Virus record (IMG/VR): IMGVR_UViG_3300027759_000046
Coordinates: 186,001-250,000 of that record
Strand: one strand, 5' to 3'
DNA: 64,000 bases
The notes below the pieces were generated by a model that did not search any database, had not been told where the DNA came from, and worked only from the letters and a program-made list of their open reading frames with translations. Below, in pieces: positions 9,191 to 18,438 of this stretch. Numbering within the stretch: position 1 is the first letter of the stretch; each line of letters begins with the position of its first letter. Made by a program: the position numbers and the translations under genes.

Positions 9191-9793
9191 TTACATTTCG
9201 TTCTCTTTATTAGCGCCTTTCTTCTGGAAACCAAATGGTTTAGCAGCAGGCTTTGCAGCCGGTTTACCGAATGGCATTCCTTTTGCAGCAGGTTTTTCGT
9301 CTTTCTTAGCGAATGGGTTTCCCTTTGCCGCAGGTTTACCGAATGGCATTCCTTTCGCAACAGGTTTAGCTTTAGCTCCTCGTTTTGGGGCCTCTTCCAT
9401 TTCTTCCTCTTCAGCAGCTTTGCCTTTTTTCTTTGCAGCAGGCTTTAGATTAGCGAATTTTTTATCAACTTCTTTAAGAGCTTCAATTTGAGCTTTTTTC
9501 TTTGCCTCATATAACTCTTCATCAGTCATGCGATTCATGTTATGTCTTGAAATTCTGTGTGCATCGTAATCATCTGAATGCATTGCTTGGTCTAACTCAC
9601 GTTGTGAACTAGTAGACTCTTCGCCACATGCTGTGCAATATCCTTCTTCATCAATTTCAGAACCACAACATTGTGAAGTTTCTTCCATTGTATCGCTATC
9701 GCCGAATCTATCTTCTTGAGAAAAGGAATCTCCGTGATTGGATTCATAATTTTCATTAATGAATTGGGTAAATCTTTTTACTTGATTTTTCAT
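9191..9793 (-). CDS. protein with acidic N-half and lysine-rich PAAK (histone H1-like) tail
   Basis: ATG 9793 MKNQVKRFTQFINE; CC..C..C cluster; repeats KGMPFGKPAAK. Confidence 0.75.
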   Translation of the reverse strand: MKNQVKRFTQFINENYESNHGDSFSQEDRFGDSDTMEETSQCCGSEIDEEGYCTACGEESTSSQRELDQAMHSDDYDAHRISRHNMNRMTDEELYEAKKKAQIEALKEVDKKFANLKPAAKKKGKAAEEEEMEEAPKRGAKAKPVAKGMPFGKPAAKGNPFAKKDEKPAAKGMPFGKPAAKPAAKPFGFQKKGANKENEM

Positions 9794-9812
9794 AGTATTT
9801 AAACTGTTTATT

Positions 9813-10253
9813 TTATGGTTCGATATCTTCTTCCTCTTCAGTATCATCTGAAAGGCCTAACATTTCGTCATTGAATTTATTGAAAGCTGATTCAGCTTCT
9901 TTCATGGTCTTATTTAAAGTAATAAGCTCATCTTTTAGAGTCTGAACTTTCTCTTTGTCTTCGTCAGTTGCTGGATTTTTACGAGCATCTTCTGGCATTT
10001 CCAAGAACTCTTTTTGTTTATCTTTAAATGCTTTAACTGCATCTTTACGAGCTTGGTCAAGTTTCTTGAATTTACCAATCTCAGTTGAATCATCAATATC
10101 TTCAACCGAAGTAGGCTCAGCATCAGTCGGTGCAGCTGGTTCAGCAGGAGCGTCCATTTCAGCTGGTGTTAAGTCAGCAGGAGGATCAATTGCAGGTCCA
10201 GTAGCATCAACCTTTTCAGATTCTTCAAGCCATTGATTGTACCTATAAATCAT
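9813..10253 (-). CDS. acidic coiled-coil protein
   Basis: Leader MIYRYNQWLEE; GATAAATA at 10276-10283(-). Confidence 0.75.
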   Translation of the reverse strand: MIYRYNQWLEESEKVDATGPAIDPPADLTPAEMDAPAEPAAPTDAEPTSVEDIDDSTEIGKFKKLDQARKDAVKAFKDKQKEFLEMPEDARKNPATDEDKEKVQTLKDELITLNKTMKEAESAFNKFNDEMLGLSDDTEEEEDIEP

Positions 10254-10275
10254 TGTTTAGTTAGCTATTTTAGTT

Positions 10276-10302
10276 TATTTATCTACGACTCTCGAATAAA
10301 TA
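10276..10302. promoter_or_regulatory. back-to-back late-promoter-like motifs (RATAAATA)
   Basis: GATAAATA(-) at 10276-10283 and AATAAATA(+) at 10295-10302; resembles the T4 late promoter TATAAATA. Confidence 0.7.
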
Positions 10303-10310
10303 ACTCTACA

Positions 10311-11087
10311 ATGAAATTACTAACATTCAATACATGGTTATCTGAGACGGCCAGGCCACTAGTAAAGCTTAGTGATCTTGATATTAACCGTCGATATAAA
10401 GATGAGAGGTATGAGTATGAACTATTTCCAAGATTTAGACGACTTAAAGCCAGAATCAACGAACTAGATAAAATGCCAACTCTTGAGCACTGGTTCGCAA
10501 TGATGCAGAACTCAGACGCCGAATTCTATACGCTAGTTCAAACAGGCGAACTTGGTCAACCTGATGTCAGAGAACTATTTAGAGACCTAACGGGTCGTCG
10601 TGCAGCAAAGATGGCAAAGTATAATCTAGAAGAGAACAAAGGAGAAATCGCTGCATGGCAATGTAGCATAGACCCTTCTTGGAAAATGATTGCGCTATGG
10701 CCGACTGATCCGGGCTATGAGGACGCTGCGAAGATTTTTGACTATTTAGGAATTGCGTTTGGCGACCTTTCTTCTAAAACTATTTACGTAGACGGTGTTC
10801 AGCTTGAACAGGAAAATTTAACAAAGGATCACCTACTTGCAATTGAAGCTCATGAAATTAGTCATGGCATATTAAGTCATCAATCGTCAAATCGAGAATT
10901 AGCGGAATACGATGAGAGACAGGAAAGAGAAGCCGATTGGATGGGAGTCAGAATCCTTGATGCAATGGATTATCAAATGGCGGCTCAAATCCTAGAAGAT
11001 CGATATGAAACTCACTATGGCGAAAGTTCAGAAGATCTTGATAACACCGAAAAATTAGAATCTCAATTGCGAGATTATTTAAAATAA
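10311..11087 (+). CDS. zincin metallopeptidase domain protein (ImmA/M48-like)
   Basis: ATG 10311 MKLLTFNTWLSE; AHEISH (HExxH) plus EREAD. Confidence 0.75.
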   Translation: MKLLTFNTWLSETARPLVKLSDLDINRRYKDERYEYELFPRFRRLKARINELDKMPTLEHWFAMMQNSDAEFYTLVQTGELGQPDVRELFRDLTGRRAAKMAKYNLEENKGEIAAWQCSIDPSWKMIALWPTDPGYEDAAKIFDYLGIAFGDLSSKTIYVDGVQLEQENLTKDHLLAIEAHEISHGILSHQSSNRELAEYDERQEREADWMGVRILDAMDYQMAAQILEDRYETHYGESSEDLDNTEKLESQLRDYLK

Positions 11088-11098
11088 AACAAAATACG

Positions 11099-11392
11099 AT
11101 GGCTAAAAAGTATTTCTTTGGATGGGACAACCTTAAATGGTTAATTACTCAGCTTGGCGCGATGTACAGCGGAAAATCTTCTTACTTTTCAAAAAAGAGA
11201 GTTGAATCAGGTATTGCATTTGCAATTGCTCAATGGGGTATGATCTTCTTCTTACTTAAAAAATATGAAACTCTAAGTATGACTGACTTCCTAATTTGGG
11301 CAGGTGTTGAATTTACAGTTTCAGGATACATGATCAATCAGATCCAAAAAGAAAAAGCAGCGAATTCAGCACAAGCAGACGATGTTGCATAA
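11099..11392 (+). CDS. small membrane protein, possible holin
   Basis: FSKKRVES followed by two hydrophobic segments and a charged C-terminus. Confidence 0.5.
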   Translation: MAKKYFFGWDNLKWLITQLGAMYSGKSSYFSKKRVESGIAFAIAQWGMIFFLLKKYETLSMTDFLIWAGVEFTVSGYMINQIQKEKAANSAQADDVA

Positions 11393-11401
11393 TTAAAATT
11401 T

Positions 11402-12001
11402 ATGAAAACTTTTTCTCAATTCATTAATGAGAATTCACAGGATTCACAGCACTATGAATTAATGGCCTCTCTTGCAAATGCAATGAACACTGCCGGTCGA
11501 TATGCAAACGCGTCAGTAAATCAAGCAGACAATTCAATTCGACTCTCATCAAACTGGGAGCTTGACACTATGAAAATTAGCGATCTTGGAAGAGTTGAAC
11601 CGACTGCCTATTATGTTGCAAATCTTGTTCCAAAATTTAATAAGGAGGCCTCTACTAATCTGAGCAGACTAATTCAATTAGGGCTAGGAAATGTAAGCGA
11701 TTTGCTTGAAGGATTTACTATAACTACCGCCCTTAGTGTAGACGTTTACGAAGTTGAAGGTTATGAATTCAAAGACGGCCCAGACACTAATGAGTATACT
11801 CTAGAAGAGTTAGACATTCAGGGGTTCTTTGATACTGGTGATATTAGTGGAGCGGGCGAAGCTCTTGTTGAATGGTGGGATGAAACTGCTAATGAATATG
11901 GCTATATGCTTTATACACGAGTAGCAGAAGACCTTGAATCGTATATTGCAAGCCGCCAACCTGATGAAGAAGACGATGAGTTGGAAGATGAAGGGTGGTG
12001 A
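11402..12001 (+). CDS. acidic protein with capsid-targeting-like leader
   Basis: MKTFSQFINE, close to T4 MKTYQEFIAE; contains RLIQLGL. Confidence 0.75.
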   Translation: MKTFSQFINENSQDSQHYELMASLANAMNTAGRYANASVNQADNSIRLSSNWELDTMKISDLGRVEPTAYYVANLVPKFNKEASTNLSRLIQLGLGNVSDLLEGFTITTALSVDVYEVEGYEFKDGPDTNEYTLEELDIQGFFDTGDISGAGEALVEWWDETANEYGYMLYTRVAEDLESYIASRQPDEEDDELEDEGW

Positions 12002-12024
12002 TGTTGGAATCTGAAGAGATTTAA

Positions 12025-12213
12025 TTAAGGCTTGCCCGTCATCATTTCATAATAGTCCCAAAGATCTTGACAAGTTTCGTACTCTTCAAGATCTTCAAGC
12101 CATTTTATAACATCGAGAATTTCAGACCAATACGGAGAGGCAATTCCTCTTTTTTCTAAGTCCTTACACTTCTTGCGCATTTCTGCGTGTCCACTGCCTT
12201 GATCTGCTGACAC
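12025..12213 (-). CDS. small protein with UVR-like motif
   Basis: LEDLEEYETCQDL. Confidence 0.55.
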   Translation of the reverse strand: MSADQGSGHAEMRKKCKDLEKRGIASPYWSEILDVIKWLEDLEEYETCQDLWDYYEMMTGKP

Positions 12214-13174
12214 TATAATCCCCGTATTTTTGGCGAGGTTGTACCTCTATAGTATATTTAACGTCGAGGTCGAGCAATTGTTTGAGGCACTGAACAAAAT
12301 CTGAAGTATGTAGGCTTAGTACCGAATTATAATCATCATCTCGATATCCGCCAAAGAGGGCGCATGAAACAGGCAGAGGTCTTTCAAGTTTTCCGTCCAT
12401 TTTCTTTACCCAACTCCAGAAAAATTCTGAACATTTTGTCCACCAATATGTTGAGCACTGATGCCCTAATTGATCGTCAGCATGTGAATCGGCGCCGTGA
12501 CACCAAACGACATAGTCAATTTTACCGGACAAGATCGCTGATTCTAATTTACCTTCAACAAAGGTTACAAGATCCTCATAATATTTTTGATCTGAGAAAC
12601 TTGGGTTAAAGTTGAATCCAACTGGCACCGCTGAATTTAGATCAGGCTGAAACACCCGAGTGTCTTCAATTGAATTACCGAAGTGGCCGTCTAAGTCTAG
12701 ATAACAGCCGACCTTTCCAAGCTCTCTCCAAATCTTAACTGATGCAATTGCCTGTCCACTAAATGTACAGAATCCACTGCCTCCGTCTGGTCGAGCATGG
12801 TGGAATCCGCTAGTTGGGCTAAAGCTAACTTCACCAGGATTTTGGATGGAATTTCGGATTGCTGAATAGATTGACGCATTAGTATAACGAACGGACTCTG
12901 CGAATTGCTGATTCCAACTCAAGCCGTTTGATGACGATTTTGGTCCGCCCTTAAAAAAGTCTTTGACGTAATTTTTAGTGTGTGCAACCAAAAAGTCAGA
13001 ATTACCGAATCTGTCGAATGCTTTAGTTATTTCAAAATGATCAAGTAGACCCTTCTTGGCCAGATACTCGATCAAGAGCTTAGGTTTTAGAGGGGACTTA
13101 CTGTAGTTAGAGTATGAGTCCTTCTCTAGTACCTGCTTTGGATTGTAAAATGTTTTTATCTTTAGGTGTCTCAT
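12164..13174 (-). CDS. Zn-dependent histone deacetylase family protein
   Basis: GFHHA...GSGFCTF, LDLDGHFGN, HGADSHADDQLG and GGY motifs; likely start MRHLK at 13174. Confidence 0.9.
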   Translation of the reverse strand: MRHLKIKTFYNPKQVLEKDSYSNYSKSPLKPKLLIEYLAKKGLLDHFEITKAFDRFGNSDFLVAHTKNYVKDFFKGGPKSSSNGLSWNQQFAESVRYTNASIYSAIRNSIQNPGEVSFSPTSGFHHARPDGGSGFCTFSGQAIASVKIWRELGKVGCYLDLDGHFGNSIEDTRVFQPDLNSAVPVGFNFNPSFSDQKYYEDLVTFVEGKLESAILSGKIDYVVWCHGADSHADDQLGHQCSTYWWTKCSEFFWSWVKKMDGKLERPLPVSCALFGGYRDDDYNSVLSLHTSDFVQCLKQLLDLDVKYTIEVQPRQKYGDYSVSRSRQWTRRNAQEV

Positions 13175-13190
13175 ACTCTTAATAATATAC

Positions 13191-13218
13191 AAAAAAAGTC
13201 GACCAAATGGCCGACTTT
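13191..13218 (-). terminator. intrinsic terminator
   Basis: AAAGTCG-loop-CGACTTT, with an A-run giving a U-tail on the minus strand. Confidence 0.65.
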
Positions 13219-13238
13219 ATAGTAAGAGTGCGCAAGCT

Positions 13239-13958
13239 TTATTTCTTTAGAAAAATATTATCTAGGTCGTCTAACCAATCCCAAACATGGGAGATTTCGA
13301 CTGGACCGTCTTCGACTGGCACCTTTGCGCTGTTTTCTGAAACAGTTTGCGTTATTTGAAGAGTGATTGCGACTTGTGATAAAATAGTTGAAATAATTTC
13401 AGAGAATGTCCAGTTAGTTACTCCTTCAAAATAGACTTCCTCAGTATGTGGGTCAACGTATTCTAACCAGTCATCTGCGACCAGCGGCAAATTACACCAG
13501 TCCTGAAAATTTATTGACGCGAGCGGATGCAAAATATCTGTGTCCGGATCGTCCTCATTGATTATTTGCAAGCCCATTAGCACGTTATGGACAGTTATAA
13601 AGTTAATGAGGTCTTCGTCTTCTTTTATTTTGCTTACTTGAGCAGCCTTTAGTAGGAATACTTGGTTTGCATCTATTTTTTTAGCTGAAATTGAAGATTG
13701 ATCGGCTGACATGAAAATTTCGTCAAGGCTAACTCCGCTCAGGCTCTGCACAAAATACAGCTTAATTATGTCTGAATACGGTTTTAGGAGGTTTAGTACA
13801 GAGTGAACTGACAAACCTTCTTCAATTTCAACTGCGTAACTCATGAACCATGTTATAGGTAGAGAAGCGTCCGCAATATTCTTTTTAATCCAGTCTTCAG
13901 AAGATTCATCCCAGAATGAAAAGAAGAGCCCGTCCTTATTGATTGATACTTTGTGCAT
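13239..13958 (-). CDS. hypothetical acidic protein
   Basis: 239-aa ORF; GATAAATA at 13965-13972(-). Confidence 0.7.
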   Translation of the reverse strand: MHKVSINKDGLFFSFWDESSEDWIKKNIADASLPITWFMSYAVEIEEGLSVHSVLNLLKPYSDIIKLYFVQSLSGVSLDEIFMSADQSSISAKKIDANQVFLLKAAQVSKIKEDEDLINFITVHNVLMGLQIINEDDPDTDILHPLASINFQDWCNLPLVADDWLEYVDPHTEEVYFEGVTNWTFSEIISTILSQVAITLQITQTVSENSAKVPVEDGPVEISHVWDWLDDLDNIFLKK

Positions 13959-14039
13959 ATTAGTTATTTATCGTTTAGTTATTTTACTCCATTTACTGGT
14001 ACGGATTTCGCGAATAAATAACTAAAAGAATCAAACTTA

Positions 14040-16025
14040 ATGATTAATTCATTTATTCAAATGGTTAACGAATCAGCCGATTTAGAACTAGGCCAAGAAG
14101 GTCTTGTTGATGAGATGGGAGTTAAACGCCCAGAAAGTTTAACAGGCAGTGAAATGGGAACAATTCGTCAATCTTCAATTCAACACAGGCAAAATCAGAC
14201 AAACGTTCCACGTAAAAAGAACTATCACGAATTGGTCGTGGAGCTAGTTGACGATTTAAAGCGTATGCCTAGAACAGAGATCACAATGGAGAAACCAGCA
14301 AATTCTCGATACTATTATCCAAAGTTACCGGCTGCTATTGTGCAAAAAATGCGCGAAGCCTATGCACTAAACTCTAGATCATTTGTCCAAGATATTGGAA
14401 ATTGGAGAGACATTAGTCCAAACGATTCAGACGCAATCTATTTTAAGATTGAAGCACCTAGTGATCATCAACGAAGCCATTTTCCAAACGGCGGAATTCC
14501 GCCAATGCTTAGAGGAACTGGACTAGGTTACAAATTATATAGAGCCCTACTTAAAACAGCCGGATATCTTTCTTCAAACCGTTCTGGATCAAATGAAAAA
14601 GATAAAGCTTGGGGTTCTCTACTTGCTCAAAAAACAAATCCTGACGGAACTTTGTCAGTAGATGACGCTCACGCAATTATTGGTAAGTCCAATTGGATGG
14701 CACTAGACAAGGGAATGTCTGACCGTGGGAAAATAGATGCAGCTGTCAGTTTCATAACTAACACAGTCGGAGTTCAACGAACTCAGCCCGATAAATTTGA
14801 TATGGATGATGAGCTATTGTCAATTCTACCGGACGATTTTCTGGTTAAATTGGACCCAGCTTATTTGCAATCACTAGTTGATGATGGTCGTATTACTCAG
14901 GAAAAATACAGACAAATTGAAGATTCAAGAAGTGAAGCTGACCGTCGTGAAAGAGAACGTCAAGCTCAAGCTGAAATTGAAGCACGCGAACGTCGTGCTA
15001 GAGAAGAGGCTGAGACTCGTCGTCGTTTAGCTAGTCGAATCCAACAGTTTGGTGCAGACCCAGACGCTGAATGGAGTGTTGGCGATTATATCGTAGTTAA
15101 GTCTTACCTATTTGACGCTTCATATAACGGTTTACCTATTCGTCGAGTGGTTTCACAAAACGGCGGTACTTATATAGCTGTTAAAATCTCAGATGCAATT
15201 AGAATTGATAATGGCGATATTACTCCAAATCAAGCAAACGATAATCGATCAACATCTGACAAATCACAATGGGTTAAAGTAAACCTTGATCAAATCCCAG
15301 ATCTAACGCGAGTTAATTTAACTGACGCTGAGCGTACGTACCTTGAGGGTCAAATGGATCCCGAAACTGCGGCTAGAGCAAGAGCAGAACGTGAGGAAGC
15401 TGAACGCGAAAGACGCGAAGCTGAACGTAGAGAAAACGAGGAACGTGCTAGAAATAGAGAAACATTCGGTTCTTTACCCGATAATGCTGGTGAATTAAAG
15501 ACTTCTCAAACTGCGAGAAATAATGGCTCAATCAGAGAAGCTGATCTATTAAAGAAATTTAGAGATTCATATTTCACAGATAGAATGGAGATCATTGTAA
15601 TGGGACCGCAACAGAGAGAAGCTCTAAGAAATTCATTTGGTGTTCCAGTATTCATTGCATGGACCGGTTCATCAAGACGTCCAATACCAGCGTCTCTTGA
15701 TACAATAAATAATGATCCACAATCTGTTAAATTAACGAATGCTGTAACCGGCTTTACAATTGATGCACCGTTTACTGGTCTTGGCCTAATGGCATATCCA
15801 TTAACTGAAGTAACAGTTGACGATAAAATGAGAGCTAGAGCAGGAACTCACTATTATATCTCTGGCCATAAGAATGCCTTTGGTATTCTCGCAAAGAGTG
15901 ATTATGGTGCAGTTAATACATCTGCTCAGAAATTTATCTACGTTAAAGCATACGGATACGGAGAACGTAGCGTATCAGTTAGATTAGATTTATTAAGAAA
16001 GATTGGAACTCCTACTGAGCTGTAA
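14040..16025 (+). CDS. multidomain protein with GNAT-like acetyl-CoA motif and charged coiled-coils
   Basis: IPPMLRGTGLGYKLYRALL (GNAT motif A-like); E/R-rich helices; leader MINSFIQMVNE; AATAAATA at 14013. Confidence 0.6.
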   Translation: MINSFIQMVNESADLELGQEGLVDEMGVKRPESLTGSEMGTIRQSSIQHRQNQTNVPRKKNYHELVVELVDDLKRMPRTEITMEKPANSRYYYPKLPAAIVQKMREAYALNSRSFVQDIGNWRDISPNDSDAIYFKIEAPSDHQRSHFPNGGIPPMLRGTGLGYKLYRALLKTAGYLSSNRSGSNEKDKAWGSLLAQKTNPDGTLSVDDAHAIIGKSNWMALDKGMSDRGKIDAAVSFITNTVGVQRTQPDKFDMDDELLSILPDDFLVKLDPAYLQSLVDDGRITQEKYRQIEDSRSEADRRERERQAQAEIEARERRAREEAETRRRLASRIQQFGADPDAEWSVGDYIVVKSYLFDASYNGLPIRRVVSQNGGTYIAVKISDAIRIDNGDITPNQANDNRSTSDKSQWVKVNLDQIPDLTRVNLTDAERTYLEGQMDPETAARARAEREEAERERREAERRENEERARNRETFGSLPDNAGELKTSQTARNNGSIREADLLKKFRDSYFTDRMEIIVMGPQQREALRNSFGVPVFIAWTGSSRRPIPASLDTINNDPQSVKLTNAVTGFTIDAPFTGLGLMAYPLTEVTVDDKMRARAGTHYYISGHKNAFGILAKSDYGAVNTSAQKFIYVKAYGYGERSVSVRLDLLRKIGTPTEL

Positions 16026-16764
16026 CTGGATGCATTTCGTAGAATCTAGCAAGACGCTCACGAAATTTAAAATAGTATTCTTTCATTTCGCTAGCTGACA
16101 TTGTAAAATGCTGAGGCTTATCGTCGACTTCATTTGAAATCCAGATCTGACATCTTGTAGTTTTAATCTGCATTCTATCCCATACTGCAACTGAATATGC
16201 GGCAACTTGGTGTTTATAGTCTTCGATCCATTTCTCGTCTTTTGGTTTACGAGCCGTTTTGAAATCGACGATCGCATAATCGTCCGTTATTAATTGTGAA
16301 ACGTTATCGACTGTTCCAGCGTATCCGCCGTCTCTTGGTGTCCATAAGAATCTTTCTTGTGCAATAACCTTTTTAATTTCCTCAAATGACTTTGACTTAA
16401 TAAAATTGTAGAATAAGGTTCCACCGACTATTTTTGCACGATTGTCAAACTTCTCTATCTCATCGTCTAACCTAGATAAGGATAGAGTTTCTTCTAATCG
16501 GTCCTTTGAGCTTAATGATGCTGGAAGATTAAGGTAAATTTCACAGAGTCTGTGCATTACTGTTCCACGATTAGCTGCATCCTTGCCAATTTGGTCTGCT
16601 TTCTGATGGCCAACTCGGTCTCTCCATGCGTTTAGACCTGTCTTATCTGAAGTCTCTCCGAGGACAGTAGTCACACTCGGAAAGGTTCCAATTATATGAG
16701 TATCATTACTTACTTGGTAATACCTGAAGCCATTGATCTCAACTCTCTTTATTTTCTCGTTCAT
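16012..16764 (-). CDS. PD-(D/E)XK exonuclease (Cas4-like phage exonuclease)
   Basis: FPSVTTVL, RGT.MH, YAGTVD, IVDFKT, QVAAY. Confidence 0.88.
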   Translation of the reverse strand: MNEKIKRVEINGFRYYQVSNDTHIIGTFPSVTTVLGETSDKTGLNAWRDRVGHQKADQIGKDAANRGTVMHRLCEIYLNLPASLSSKDRLEETLSLSRLDDEIEKFDNRAKIVGGTLFYNFIKSKSFEEIKKVIAQERFLWTPRDGGYAGTVDNVSQLITDDYAIVDFKTARKPKDEKWIEDYKHQVAAYSVAVWDRMQIKTTRCQIWISNEVDDKPQHFTMSASEMKEYYFKFRERLARFYEMHPVTAQ

Positions 16765-16818
16765 TTGGATAAATAATTAAACTAGTATCTAGTACATAAA
16801 ATACTCGTAAAGTTTAAC

Positions 16819-17193
16819 ATGCTTAAGAAATTTGATGAATTTAATGAAACCTTGAATGAGGGTTTTTGGGACTGGTTGACAGGCAAGTCTGAAAAGGGAG
16901 AAAAGAAGGACAAAGTGACCAGTGCTAAAGAGGGTCCAATTGATGCAAAGGTAGCAGAATATTATAAAACGCTACAGGATTTTGCTGATGCTGGCAAATC
17001 TATTGAAGTTCAGTCACTTGGCAATATGTCTTATTCTAAAATGGTTGAAGATATTCAACTTGCGTTGGAATTCCTAGGTTATAAACTTGAAAAATACGGA
17101 GTTGATGGATACTTTGGCCCAGAGACTTCTGCTGCCATTGTTAAATTCAATCAAGATACCTTAAATAAAATACCAGATTCTCAACATGATTAA
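16819..17193 (+). CDS. peptidoglycan-binding domain protein
   Basis: VEDIQLALEFLGY...GVDGYFGPETSAAIVKF; leader MLKKFDEFNETLNE; GATAAATA at 16768. Confidence 0.85.
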   Translation: MLKKFDEFNETLNEGFWDWLTGKSEKGEKKDKVTSAKEGPIDAKVAEYYKTLQDFADAGKSIEVQSLGNMSYSKMVEDIQLALEFLGYKLEKYGVDGYFGPETSAAIVKFNQDTLNKIPDSQHD

Positions 17194-18436
17194 AGGATTC
17201 GATCAATTTACTGGAAAGATTAATGAAGCTTCAAACGGTCAGCTAAATGATGCTGACCTAGTTCCAATTCAGCCACTCGGTAAGAGCGGCGGAAACCATA
17301 AATTAAATTCACAAGCAGCAAAAGCATACGAAGAAATGAAGAAGGCTGCTGAGGCAGACGGTGTAACTTGGGGTATTACTGACTCGTATCGAGATTATGA
17401 AGCCCAAGTTGATGTTGCTGCACGTAAAGGTCTTTACAAAAATGGAGGATTGGCGGCAGTTCCTGGAACATCAAATCACGGATGGGGTAGTGCTCTAGAT
17501 CTTGACCTAAATTCTGAAGCTCAAGAATGGTTAAAGAAGAACGCTGAAAAATTTGGATTCACAAATATTCCAAGAGAACCTTGGCATTGGGAACATAAAG
17601 CCAGTGTTGAGCTAGCAAAGACTGGAAAAGAAGGCACTGGATCTTCAGCTAAAGTCGGATCAGTGCTAATTGATTCAGATCTAATTAAGAGACTGATTGC
17701 AAAATTAAAAGAGAAGAATTTCAGCCAAAAGGATCTAGACCAGTACATTGCTAAGTCTTCGTCAGGTAAAGGCGCAAACTTTAAAAGCGGTGAAAAGTTT
17801 CCTGCTGAAAATATGAAAGCCATTGAAAAAGCAATGGATGATCATGGTATAACAAATGAATATGCTAGAAAGGCAATTCTTGGAGTTATTTCAAAAGAAT
17901 CTCCAGGTTTAAAATCTGAAATAAGTTATTCTGGAACAAGTGCTGCTCGAATTAGAGAAGTTTTCCCAAGTAAATTTGGTGATAAATCTGATTCTGAGAT
18001 TGACGACATTAAGAAAGACGATGCTATGTTTTGGGATGTAGTGTATGGCGGTAAATACGGAAACACTGAACCTGGAGACGGTTCAAAGTACCGAGGCCGT
18101 GGTTTTAATGGAATAACATTCAAATCAAATTACGAAAACTTACAGAGAATTTACGACAGGTCTGGCGCTAAGGTTGGCAATATTGATATTGTTAAGAATC
18201 CTGAACTTCTTGAAAAACCTGAAGTTGCAGCCGAATTCGCTGTTCTATATTTCATGGATACTTTTAAACGTCACGGTAAGGATGTGAATTCCTACACTGA
18301 TTTAGAGTCAGCCGTTACTGATTACGTTCAAGCAAATGCAGGCTGGGGAACTTCTTTAGCTGGTGCAGTCACATCAAAGGGTTTACAAAAGGCAATGGAC
18401 TTTGCGAAATCATTAGATACAGACCAAATTGCTTAA
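17186..18436 (+). CDS. M15B (VanY-like) peptidase fused to a GH19-like lysozyme/chitinase
   Basis: DSYRDY..Q, PGTSNHGWGSALD, EPWHWE; DGSKYRGRGFNGITFKSNY, NPELL; leader MIKGFDQF..INE. Confidence 0.88.
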   Translation: MIKGFDQFTGKINEASNGQLNDADLVPIQPLGKSGGNHKLNSQAAKAYEEMKKAAEADGVTWGITDSYRDYEAQVDVAARKGLYKNGGLAAVPGTSNHGWGSALDLDLNSEAQEWLKKNAEKFGFTNIPREPWHWEHKASVELAKTGKEGTGSSAKVGSVLIDSDLIKRLIAKLKEKNFSQKDLDQYIAKSSSGKGANFKSGEKFPAENMKAIEKAMDDHGITNEYARKAILGVISKESPGLKSEISYSGTSAARIREVFPSKFGDKSDSEIDDIKKDDAMFWDVVYGGKYGNTEPGDGSKYRGRGFNGITFKSNYENLQRIYDRSGAKVGNIDIVKNPELLEKPEVAAEFAVLYFMDTFKRHGKDVNSYTDLESAVTDYVQANAGWGTSLAGAVTSKGLQKAMDFAKSLDTDQIA

Positions 18437-18438
18437 CT

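Noticed and set aside
16012-16764. Cas4 as evidence of a CRISPR-Cas system
   Set aside because: No Fe-S cysteine cluster, no other cas genes and no array; it fits the common stand-alone phage exonuclease.
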